The notes beneath the pieces were generated by a model. The model searched no databases. It was not told where the DNA came from and saw only the letters and a list, made by a program, of their open reading frames with translations. A program made the position numbers and the translations under genes. Below are positions 28,572 to 37,656 of a stretch of 64,000 bases of DNA, piece after piece. Source of the DNA: an uncultured Thermococci archaeon (GTDB lineage: Archaea; Methanobacteriota_B; Thermococci; Methanofastidiosales; B48-G16). The DNA lies in NCBI GenBank assembly GCA_964595645.1, contig CAZQQT010000009.1, forward strand, positions 1-64,000. The letters run 5' to 3'. Each line of letters opens with the position of its first letter. Position 1 is the stretch's first letter.

Positions 28572-30935
28572 ATGAATTCCATGGGGAAAAGTAAAAATAT
28601 CGAAATTCCTGCAGAAGTTGTTGAAAAATGGCAGAATATAGTAGATATAATGGCAAAAATCACTGATGTTCCCGCAGGATTAATCATGGAGGTAGATAGA
28701 CCGTATATAAAAGTTTTTCGAGCAAGTAATACGGAAGAAAATCCTTATAAGAAGGGAGAGAGGGAAAAGCTGACCGGGTTGTACTGTGAAGAAGTGATAA
28801 CCTCACGAGAAAAACTACTCGTTCCCAATGCATTGAAAAATGAACGATGGAAGGAGAATCCAGATATTGAACTGGGAATGATCTCTTACCTTGGATTCCC
28901 TATTGAGTGGCCCAACGGAGAAATTTTTGGAACGATTTGTGTGCTTGATTCAAGGGAAAGAAAATATAGTGAAGAGTACCAAAAATTAGTTTTTCATTTC
29001 AAAGAAGTTGTCGAAAGTCATTTGAAGTTATTATACCAAAGAAAACAGTTAGAAAAAGAAAACGTTGAACGAGAAGAAATGGAGCAACTGTACAAATCAC
29101 TTTCTGAGTTCAACGAAGAGCTGCTGGAGCACGCTCCCATTGGGATCATGCGACTGAATGCAGAGATGGAGATCGAGTATGCAAATCCTGAAATGCAGCG
29201 AATTTTAGGGCTTCCCTTTGGAAAGGAGTACGATGCAAGCTGGGAAAAGATTCAGGAAAGCCCTTTTATCGAGGAAACAGAGATATCCTCTGAGGTGTTT
29301 GATGCACTGAAAAACGAGGAAAGAGTCTCAAAGGAGCTCTCATTCGCGCTGTCCAGTGGAGAGAAAGGGTGCCTCAATCTGAAAGGAGTACCGTTGGTGG
29401 AAGAGGGTGAGTTTATAGGAGCAGTCCTCCTTTTCAACGATATCACCAAAAGAAAAAAGATGGAAAAAGAGCTGCAGGAGAGTAAGAAGAAATTTGAGAC
29501 GCTCTTCCATACTGCTAAAGATGCGATATTTATTCACGACCTCAAAGGGAACTTTCTGGAGGTCAATGAAGAAACCTGTGAACGGCTAGGCTACAGCAGA
29601 GAGGAACTACTAGAGATGACACCGATGGAGGTTGATGCTCCCGAGTACGCGTCTGAAGTGCATAATAAAATACAAAAACTGCAGGAAGAAGGAGAAGCAT
29701 TTCTTGAAACAGCACATGTGACGAAAGAGGGGAAAAGAATTCCAACTGAATTGAGCAGTAAAATAATTGAGTATGAAGGAAAAAAAGCGATACTCAGTAT
29801 AGCAAGAGATATTACCAAACGAAAAGAAATGGAAGAAAAACTCTCTGCAATATACGAGCTTTCAAAAGAAATGAGCCTTAGCATGGACCGCGAACATATT
29901 ATTGATACGGTGCTGGATACTGCAGAGAAAAACCTCAACTTTGATAATATTGACCTGTTCCTTGTAGATAGGAAAACAAATACGTTGGAGATAGAAGATA
30001 CACGAGGAAAAAAAAATCCGGAGAGATGGACGGTAATCCCACTGTACGGTGAGAAAAGTATCGCCGCACATGTGGCACGCACAGGAGAGTCATTACTCAT
30101 TCCTGACGTACGAAAGGATGATCGATACATAATAGGTTTAAAGGCGGCCCGATCGGAGCTATGTGTACCTATCAAAGTAAAAAATGAAATAATCGGTGTA
30201 TTGGATGTAGAGAGCACAAAAATTGATGTATTCTCTGAAGAAGACAAAAAACTTCTGGAAACACTCGCATCACATGCAGCTGTTGCTTTAAAAAACGCAC
30301 GTCTTTTTGAAGAGACTGAAAATCAACGAAAGGAACTATCAGAGTTTGCCCATACTGTTTCCCATGATCTCAAGAATTACATTGGCACAATCAAAAATAG
30401 AGCGCAACTATCGCTTATGAAGGAGAAAACAGCGAAGAATAACGCAGAAAAAATCATTAAAATTACAGAAAAAATGGAAAAATTTGTGAAAAAGCAACTC
30501 AAACTCGCCGACGCAGGAAAAATAATAGGAGAGCCTGAGGAAATTGATCTCAATGAGCTCGTGGAGGGGTTGAAAAAACAACACGATATCGAGATTAAAA
30601 GAGGAGATCTTCCCATAATACGAGGCGATCCACAACGGTTGAAAGAAGTATTTCATAACCTTATCGAGAACGCAATAATTCATGGCGACGCTACCCATAT
30701 AGACGTAACCTCTGAAAGAAAAGATAACGTATATATCATTTCCGTGAAAGACAACGGCAGGGGCATCGTTGAAGAAAATATTGGTAAGATCTTCGAGAAG
30801 GGATACTCTTCGGGAGACGGCACTGGGATTGGACTCACTATTGTAAAGAAAATTGTAGAAGCACATGGAGGGAGCATTCTAGTGGAATCCGAAGAGGGAA
30901 AAGAAACGACATTTAAGCTTCTATTACCAAAATAA
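28572..30935 (+). CDS. Soluble GAF-PAS-PAS-GAF histidine kinase
   Basis: SYLGFPI...GTICVLD, two PAS domains, SELCVP, SHDLKN, NLIENA, DNGRG, GIGL. Confidence 0.92.
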   Translation: MNSMGKSKNIEIPAEVVEKWQNIVDIMAKITDVPAGLIMEVDRPYIKVFRASNTEENPYKKGEREKLTGLYCEEVITSREKLLVPNALKNERWKENPDIELGMISYLGFPIEWPNGEIFGTICVLDSRERKYSEEYQKLVFHFKEVVESHLKLLYQRKQLEKENVEREEMEQLYKSLSEFNEELLEHAPIGIMRLNAEMEIEYANPEMQRILGLPFGKEYDASWEKIQESPFIEETEISSEVFDALKNEERVSKELSFALSSGEKGCLNLKGVPLVEEGEFIGAVLLFNDITKRKKMEKELQESKKKFETLFHTAKDAIFIHDLKGNFLEVNEETCERLGYSREELLEMTPMEVDAPEYASEVHNKIQKLQEEGEAFLETAHVTKEGKRIPTELSSKIIEYEGKKAILSIARDITKRKEMEEKLSAIYELSKEMSLSMDREHIIDTVLDTAEKNLNFDNIDLFLVDRKTNTLEIEDTRGKKNPERWTVIPLYGEKSIAAHVARTGESLLIPDVRKDDRYIIGLKAARSELCVPIKVKNEIIGVLDVESTKIDVFSEEDKKLLETLASHAAVALKNARLFEETENQRKELSEFAHTVSHDLKNYIGTIKNRAQLSLMKEKTAKNNAEKIIKITEKMEKFVKKQLKLADAGKIIGEPEEIDLNELVEGLKKQHDIEIKRGDLPIIRGDPQRLKEVFHNLIENAIIHGDATHIDVTSERKDNVYIISVKDNGRGIVEENIGKIFEKGYSSGDGTGIGLTIVKKIVEAHGGSILVESEEGKETTFKLLLPK

Positions 30936-31027
30936 AAAACATTTTTTTCGTTTTTTTGTACTAAGAGAAAAATTTAAATAGACTGCTGTAGAGAAGGGAA
31001 TTAAAAATTGTTAATAGAGGAGATACT

Positions 31028-32236
31028 GTGGAACTTAGACTATGGTACAGAAAAATATTGCATTTCCTTCTTCAAGTTCCTCTACTCGATTCTAAGAACA
31101 CCCGTCGTCGGAAACTGCTCACCCTCATCCTACTCGGATCGATAATCTGTGTAATAGTGGTCCTACTCACGTTAATTATCCTTATATTCACACAAATAGG
31201 TTGGGCAGGTTCCTCAGAGGAAATAACAAGACTCTTTAGAGAGATTATACTTCTTTTGGTAGGTATAGTACTTATTTACATTTTAAATAGACACGTTTCA
31301 GGTAGATTGGCCAGTATATTATTTTTACTACTGATTATAGCTCTTGCTGCAGTCGCTGATAGCCCAGAACAAGTTGCGAACGGCCGTGGTCTTCTCACCT
31401 TCGCACTTCCCATCGTTGCAGCAAGCATCCTCCTCAACCCGTGGGCCAGTTTTGTGACAGCAGCGTTAAGTGGTGGGGTGGTAGTGATCGTGGGACTACA
31501 GATACCGGGACATGCTCCAAATATGCTGGCACTCGCAACCTTCTTTTTACTCGCACTTATCTCATGGTTGGCCACCCGTACATTGGAGCAAACACTGAAG
31601 AGAGCGGAGTTTTATGCAGATGTACTCGCCCACGACATCGGAAATCTCAATCAGATCATGCTCGGATACCTCCATCTACTAAGAAAGACAGAAGATAGGG
31701 AAACAATAGAAGAAAACATAAAGAACATCAAACGATCGATAAAAGAATCTGCCCGCCTCGCAGAAAGTATCCAAATCTTAAAAAGAATCAGGAGCACATC
31801 ATTAGAGAAACTCTGCCTCACTGATTCATTAGAACGATCGATAGAGAAAATAAAAAATTACTTTAGTCGGGAAATATTGGTAAATTACACGCGAAATGAG
31901 TGTTATATTAGCGCAAATGCATTTCTCGACCACGCATTTTTCAGCATCCTCAAAAACGCCGTGGAATTCACGCTTCACGATCCGATACGTATTGATATTA
32001 CTGTCGAAGAATGTGCAAGGAAATGCAATGTCCATATCCGCGATTATGGTCTTGGGATTTCCAAAGAAAAACGAAAAGACATTCTCAAGAATTTAGATAC
32101 CCCGTCTAAACGGACGGGTATGGGACTCTATGTCGCAAAGGAGATTTTTGAGAGTTACGGCGGCACGTTGGATATACAAGGAGGGGAGAATGGTACAGAG
32201 GTAATTATCAGTCTTCCAACTGATAACAGTGAGTAA
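31028..32236 (+). CDS. Membrane histidine kinase
   Basis: About 6 TM segments; AHDIGN, KNA, DYGLGI, GMGL. Confidence 0.88.
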   Translation: MELRLWYRKILHFLLQVPLLDSKNTRRRKLLTLILLGSIICVIVVLLTLIILIFTQIGWAGSSEEITRLFREIILLLVGIVLIYILNRHVSGRLASILFLLLIIALAAVADSPEQVANGRGLLTFALPIVAASILLNPWASFVTAALSGGVVVIVGLQIPGHAPNMLALATFFLLALISWLATRTLEQTLKRAEFYADVLAHDIGNLNQIMLGYLHLLRKTEDRETIEENIKNIKRSIKESARLAESIQILKRIRSTSLEKLCLTDSLERSIEKIKNYFSREILVNYTRNECYISANAFLDHAFFSILKNAVEFTLHDPIRIDITVEECARKCNVHIRDYGLGISKEKRKDILKNLDTPSKRTGMGLYVAKEIFESYGGTLDIQGGENGTEVIISLPTDNSE

Positions 32237-32281
32237 CCGTTCCTTGCAAGAACATCATTTCAAAAGCGTTATAAAGAAAAA

Positions 32282-33169
32282 ATGATCATAGAACATATGC
32301 TTTCCCTTTCTCCCTATCAAAGGGGTGTAGTATGGGTTCTCATCTCCGCATTCAGTTTTGCATTTCTCGGTATATTCGGTAAATTTGCATACAAAGAAAA
32401 TATCAATTCAATTACACTTCTTTTTTTACGGTTTTCATTTGCTTCGGTAATCCTCTTCCTTTACACGAAATTCGAGAACCTCAATTTACGACTGAGCACC
32501 CGAGATCTGATCGCTGTACTGGTACTTGGGGGGATCTGCTATGCCGGACAGTCCTTCGGATATTTCCAAGCACTCCACTACCTCTCAGTAGGCGTAACTA
32601 CACTGATCCTGTACACCCATCTTCTCTTTGTCGCCTTTATTGCGGTCTCCTTTCTCGATGAAAAGCTCGATGCACGACTTATCGTTGCATTGATCTCGGC
32701 GTTAGCCGGTGTGTGGTTCATCGTGTACTCCAACGGGGGAACGGAGGTAAATCTCACAGGTGTCGCGTTTATTCTAGGATCTGCGTTAATCTACAGTGTG
32801 TATATTACCCTCAGCAAGGTCACCGTCACCACGGCGGATCCGAGAGTGATGGGTGTCTATGTGATGTTTTCGGCAGCGTGTGCATTTTTCATCATTGGGA
32901 CAACGACGGGAAGACTGCAGATCGCCCTCACCCTCCGTGGATTCTTGTTTGCGCTGCTCATCGCGCTGATTCCCACGGTAGTTGCTATCGTCACGTACTT
33001 CGAGGGACTCAAGCACGTGGGTGCATCGAGGGCCTCTATCATCAGCACCTTCGAGCCGGTGGTAGCGGTCAGCTTTGGATACCTTCTTCTCGGAGAAACA
33101 CTGAGTTTCACGCAGATCTGTGGAGGTATTCTCATCATTCTCAGCGTCCTACTACTGGAAAAGAAGTAG
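32282..33169 (+). CDS. EamA/DMT transporter
   Basis: About 10 TM segments; GASRASIISTFEPV. Confidence 0.9.
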   Translation: MIIEHMLSLSPYQRGVVWVLISAFSFAFLGIFGKFAYKENINSITLLFLRFSFASVILFLYTKFENLNLRLSTRDLIAVLVLGGICYAGQSFGYFQALHYLSVGVTTLILYTHLLFVAFIAVSFLDEKLDARLIVALISALAGVWFIVYSNGGTEVNLTGVAFILGSALIYSVYITLSKVTVTTADPRVMGVYVMFSAACAFFIIGTTTGRLQIALTLRGFLFALLIALIPTVVAIVTYFEGLKHVGASRASIISTFEPVVAVSFGYLLLGETLSFTQICGGILIILSVLLLEKK

Positions 33170-33251
33170 GGTGAGATTTGGGTTTCACTTGATAATAACT
33201 TCGGAAAATCTATTTAAATGGGAGAAGAGCACCTACAATCAGGTGATAGCA

Positions 33252-33701
33252 ATGAAAAGAAAAATAACAATTGGAATTGCAGCACTGGTACTGATTGGCG
33301 CTATTATAGCTGTTGGTGCAGTAGCTGCATACGGAAATCCATGGAAAGACAGAAACGTCCTCCCGGATCACGATGACGACGGGATTCCCAATGGATTGGA
33401 TGAAAACTACGAACGGCCGAGAGACTGCAGGAACTCGCCCTGGATACTTGGAGATGAAAGACTAGAGAGGCTTCAGGAACAGTTCGATCTCACCGATGAT
33501 CAGATCGCTGCCATACAGGAAAAAGTCACATTGCTGATCGATGAAGAAGCGGCACCCGCTGAGATAATGGAGACTATCGAAGAGATGTTGAAGGAGTTCG
33601 GCGTTGAGAATCCTGAACTTATGGGGCAGGGTCCTCACGGAATGCATCGGCAGGGATATCAGGGACACGGAAGAGGTAGCTGCCCCTACAACGATGAATA
33701 A
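33252..33701 (+). CDS. Secreted protein with DxDxDG loop and Gly/His-rich tail
   Basis: SD AGGTGA; signal peptide MKRK...AVAA; DHDDDGIPNG; GPHGMHRQGYQGHGRGSCPY. Confidence 0.8.
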   Translation: MKRKITIGIAALVLIGAIIAVGAVAAYGNPWKDRNVLPDHDDDGIPNGLDENYERPRDCRNSPWILGDERLERLQEQFDLTDDQIAAIQEKVTLLIDEEAAPAEIMETIEEMLKEFGVENPELMGQGPHGMHRQGYQGHGRGSCPYNDE

Positions 33702-33831
33702 CTCCTCTTCCTTTTACTTTTTAAGACACTATGTATATTCTAAGTCCTGAAAAAAAGATAATTTTGCGTGATGAAACGGAATGCCAGTGAACGCCACAAT
33801 CTATATATAACTATGCACGTATCAACGTCCA

Positions 33832-34110
33832 ATGAGAAAGGTGCTCTGGTGGCTTATCGGCGGAACGAGAGGAGGAAAAAACAGGCTGCGAATCCTCCGT
33901 ACTCTAGAAAATGAACCGATGAACGCACACCAGCTATCAAAAACGCTGGATCTGGACTACAAAACCATCAGGCACCACATTGAGATACTGGAAGAAAACC
34001 AAGTTATTACATCCATGGGAGAGGATTATGGAAAGACATATTTTCTCTCCGAAAGAATGGAGAAAAATCTTGATATACTAGAGGAAATTGCAAAGAAAAT
34101 AGGTGATTGA
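33832..34110 (+). CDS. ArsR-like winged-helix regulator
   Basis: LWWLIGGTRGG, NAHQLS...LDYKTIRHH, YGKTYF; TATA about 25 nt upstream (leaderless). Confidence 0.88.
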   Translation: MRKVLWWLIGGTRGGKNRLRILRTLENEPMNAHQLSKTLDLDYKTIRHHIEILEENQVITSMGEDYGKTYFLSERMEKNLDILEEIAKKIGD

Positions 34111-34518
34111 ATGGATAAAAAACTCAAAATAATGGTAATAGTGGCAGTGGGGGCTCTGATAAGTCTTTTCTTCGTATGGGGACTGTCCTTTCCCGGAAGT
34201 CACGGGCACGGCAGAGGTGCAATGATGTATGATATTGAGAATGTCGTACTGGTGAAGACGTTTATTGCCACGCTCAACGTGATACTCATCTCTGTACTGT
34301 TATGGAACTATATCACTGTGTACAGAGATATTCCTACCCGGTTTACCATGAGTCTTGTGATTGTAAGTGTGGCACTTCTTCTCTATGCCCTCTCTTCAAA
34401 TCCATTGCTCCACTCCGCTTGTGGGTTCAGAGGAGTGGGTGTTGGACCATTCACATTCCTGTCAGATCTTTTTGCCACCTTTGCCATCGTGATCCTGTTA
34501 TACCAGAGCTATGAGTAA
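34111..34518 (+). CDS. 4-TM membrane protein coupled to the wHTH gene
   Basis: Starts immediately after the wHTH stop; loop GSHGHGRG. Confidence 0.8.
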   Translation: MDKKLKIMVIVAVGALISLFFVWGLSFPGSHGHGRGAMMYDIENVVLVKTFIATLNVILISVLLWNYITVYRDIPTRFTMSLVIVSVALLLYALSSNPLLHSACGFRGVGVGPFTFLSDLFATFAIVILLYQSYE

Positions 34519-34529
34519 CTATTTCACAC

Positions 34530-35480
34530 TCAGGTGGTCAGTACCTCATACACAGCCGTTGCGATCTGTATATCCTGGACGGCAACTCCTGTAAGATCCG
34601 CAACAGTGATCTGGTCGTCTGAGATTCTCCGTAAATCCTTATTGGCAATGATATTTCCTAGCTCAACGAGATCCTCTTCCTGAATTAAGTCCGTATTGAG
34701 CGCGTGGTGAATTTCTCCCCTCTCGAGACACTGGGAGATACTATCGGCCACCACAATATCCGCTCTCTTTAAAATCTCTGGATCCAACTCGTTTTTCTCC
34801 GGTGTATCGGAGCCTACAGCAGTGATATGTGTGCCTCTCTGGATCTGATCTGCCGTGAGCAACGGAGATTTTGCTGGAGTCGCGGTGACAATGAGATTTA
34901 ACGATTGTGCCACCTTATTCGCATCCATGGTGGTACAAATCCTGTATCCATGCGTTCCCATTTCCTGCTTATACGCATCTAAATGTTCTCGAGTTCTCCC
35001 CCAGACGACGACATCCCTGCAGTCAACAACTTGCTTTAAATACTCGAGTTGTATCTTTCCCTGCACACCAGTTCCCAGCACGCCGATGCCACGAACGTTG
35101 TGAGGTGCTAGATATCTCGCAACAACTGCTCCTGCGGCAGCAGTTCGCACATCGGTGAGATAGCCTTCATCCAAGAGTACACTCTCCAGTTCTCCTGTTT
35201 TTTGTGTAAATACGAGCATGAGTCCATTGTTCGGTGGAAGTCCTACTGTGGGATTTTCATAAAATCCAGAGGCAATTTTGATCACGTAATATGCATCATC
35301 GATAATATACCCATATTTGATATGAACTTCACCCGGTGGATCGTTAAAGCTGAGCTCTCCCACAGGAGGAACAACGACGTCACCATTAGAATATGCCACA
35401 AACCCCTTCTCAATCGCTTGAATAGGATCGAGTTGCGATAACACGTCCTTAATCTGGCCTACGTGAAAAATTTTTGTCAT
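34530..35480 (-). CDS. Ornithine cyclodeaminase/mu-crystallin family protein
   Basis: RTAAAG, GTGVQG, GSDTPEKNE, DLTGVAVQD. Confidence 0.92.
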   Translation of the reverse strand: MTKIFHVGQIKDVLSQLDPIQAIEKGFVAYSNGDVVVPPVGELSFNDPPGEVHIKYGYIIDDAYYVIKIASGFYENPTVGLPPNNGLMLVFTQKTGELESVLLDEGYLTDVRTAAAGAVVARYLAPHNVRGIGVLGTGVQGKIQLEYLKQVVDCRDVVVWGRTREHLDAYKQEMGTHGYRICTTMDANKVAQSLNLIVTATPAKSPLLTADQIQRGTHITAVGSDTPEKNELDPEILKRADIVVADSISQCLERGEIHHALNTDLIQEEDLVELGNIIANKDLRRISDDQITVADLTGVAVQDIQIATAVYEVLTT

Positions 35481-35610
35481 TTTCTTTCCTCTTTCCACAA
35501 TTTTCCTATCAGTTCCGTGGTACATATCTACATCTATTCTCTTAAATATTTATTGTCACGCACTTCAAAAATTTTAAATAGATGCTCAACGATCACATAT
35601 AGGTGATTTG

Positions 35611-36753
35611 ATGGATGTACAAGAGTGTTTGGATGACTTTCCGATGAGAGAGAAGGTAGATTATCTCAACGCGGCGAGCATTGGACTTGTTCCTGATCCT
35701 GTGATCAAAAGATCGAAGGAAATTTTTGTTGATCTCGCTGAAGGCGGAACTGCAACACTCGATGAAGAGAAAGAGGAACTAGTGTACAATTCCCTTCGAG
35801 AAGAAAGCGCAAACCTCCTGGGTTGTAGCCCGGAAGATATTGCCATTTTTAATAGTACTTCTGAAGCGTTAAACTGTATTGCGTGGAGTTTAGAGTTAAA
35901 ATCCGGCAACATTGTGTCCACAGGTATCGAGTTCCCCAGTGTCACCTACCCCTGGATGAGAATCGCTAAAAACAAAAAGATCGATGTGAAGCTTGTGGAG
36001 GCTGACAACTGGTGTATTCCTAGTGATACACTCTTACACGAGATCGACAAAGATACGGAAGTTGTTGCATTGAGCCACGTGGAGTACCTCACTGGTCAGA
36101 AATTTGACATGAAAAAAATCGCGAAGCGAGCGCATGAGGTGGGCGCCATTGTGGTGGTAGATGGTGTGCAGGCAGCAGGATACCTACCACTCGATATGGG
36201 AAAAATGGGCGTGGACGTGTACATCACCGGTAGTTACAAGTGGCTGCTAGCACCCTTTGGAGCGGCGGTTGCATATATCTCAAAGGATCTCTACGACGGA
36301 CTCGACCCTGCATTTGTTGGCTGGCGATCGACAGAAACGATGTGGAATTTTGATGCCACAACACTCACGTACGCCTCCACTGCGAGGAAGTTTGAGTACA
36401 GTACCAGTGCCTACGATGTGAAACTGGCACTTGCAGAAGCGATCAAGTATCTACGAAAAATTGGCATAGACGCCATTTATCGACACAACACTGCATTAAT
36501 TGAGACGCTACGCGATGAAATATCGTCAATAGAGGGGGCTGAGATTATCACGCCGGGAATGGAAGGATCACGACTCACATTCACTGTTGAAGGGAAGAAT
36601 AGCGCAGAAATCAACAAAACACTGCGGAGTCTCTCTCGCTCTGTGGAGTTGAGTATCCGATCAGACATGATACGAATCTCGCCTCATATCTATAACACTG
36701 AAGAGGATATCCTCTATGCAGTGGACAGTCTCAAAGAGATTCTCGGTGTCTAA
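35611..36753 (+). CDS. Class V PLP-dependent enzyme
   Basis: YLNAAS, EFPS, DGVQ, YKWLL, RISPHIYN; no desulfurase catalytic Cys loop. Confidence 0.88.
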   Translation: MDVQECLDDFPMREKVDYLNAASIGLVPDPVIKRSKEIFVDLAEGGTATLDEEKEELVYNSLREESANLLGCSPEDIAIFNSTSEALNCIAWSLELKSGNIVSTGIEFPSVTYPWMRIAKNKKIDVKLVEADNWCIPSDTLLHEIDKDTEVVALSHVEYLTGQKFDMKKIAKRAHEVGAIVVVDGVQAAGYLPLDMGKMGVDVYITGSYKWLLAPFGAAVAYISKDLYDGLDPAFVGWRSTETMWNFDATTLTYASTARKFEYSTSAYDVKLALAEAIKYLRKIGIDAIYRHNTALIETLRDEISSIEGAEIITPGMEGSRLTFTVEGKNSAEINKTLRSLSRSVELSIRSDMIRISPHIYNTEEDILYAVDSLKEILGV

Positions 36754-37570
36754 CAATCTTCAGCCCGTCGCATAACTAAGGACACATACACATTTTGCGG
36801 TTTCCGTGGCCCTCCATAGACCATCTGTGTACACCGTGAGAGTTCTGTTGCTGTACGCGGTATAACGGACCCGATATAATGCGGAACATAGACTGTTTTT
36901 GCTCCGTGGGTGGACGCATACGCGAGGATCTCACGAGCAGTACTCTCCTTTTTCGCGACAATGGGTCCTATTCTCCCTCCCCAGTGTATACCGTACCCTT
37001 CCTCCTCGAGGAGTATCACCTTTCCCCCCATGCTGAGGAGGAGACACAGTAGTGCACGTCTATCACCGCCAAAGAATTCTCTATCCATTTCCTCTGCCCA
37101 TGAGGGCAATGTCTGAGATGCAGAAAGAGATCTATTGCAAGTGAATGAACAGTGTGACAGATCATAATTCACCACCGGACATATCTCATGACCCCCATAC
37201 TTTGTATAGAGCGGTTTTCCTTCTGTCGTCGCGTTCAGTGTTATCACGGGGATGTTCTTTTCCTCACCGCGGGAGAGTAATTCCTCAGCCAGCATGCTCC
37301 CTACACCTCGCCGTTGAAAAGAGGGATCCACCGCCATATAGCCGATCCACGCCAGTGTGTAGTAGGGAAACAATGCTCGCACCCAAGTACTGTCCCTTGT
37401 CGTGTTGCGACAACGAACTCTCCAACGTGTTGTGCGTATAATTTCTGCCAAAACGATACCATAGACTTTGTATAAGAAATATCAAGATTAAATGCCTGTA
37501 AAAAGACATGTACCGCCTTTACGAGCTCTGTCTTTTCTGGTGTTCTCATCATCGCATCCATGCGATCCAT
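36750..37570 (-). pseudogene. GNAT acetyltransferase split by a frameshift near 37365-37385
   Basis: N-part MDRMD...GEFVVATRQGTVLG in one frame; AWIGYMAVDPSFQRRGVG...NATTEGKPLY in another. Confidence 0.75.
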
Positions 37571-37656
37571 TGCAACAATATGGAACGGGACGTAAATAAA
37601 TTTATAGCGATAAGAAAAAAACTGCAGAACCAAAAGAGAAAGAAAAGAAAAAAAAA

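Noticed and set aside
35611-36753. Cysteine desulfurase (SufS/IscS) call
   Set aside because: The catalytic Cys loop is absent
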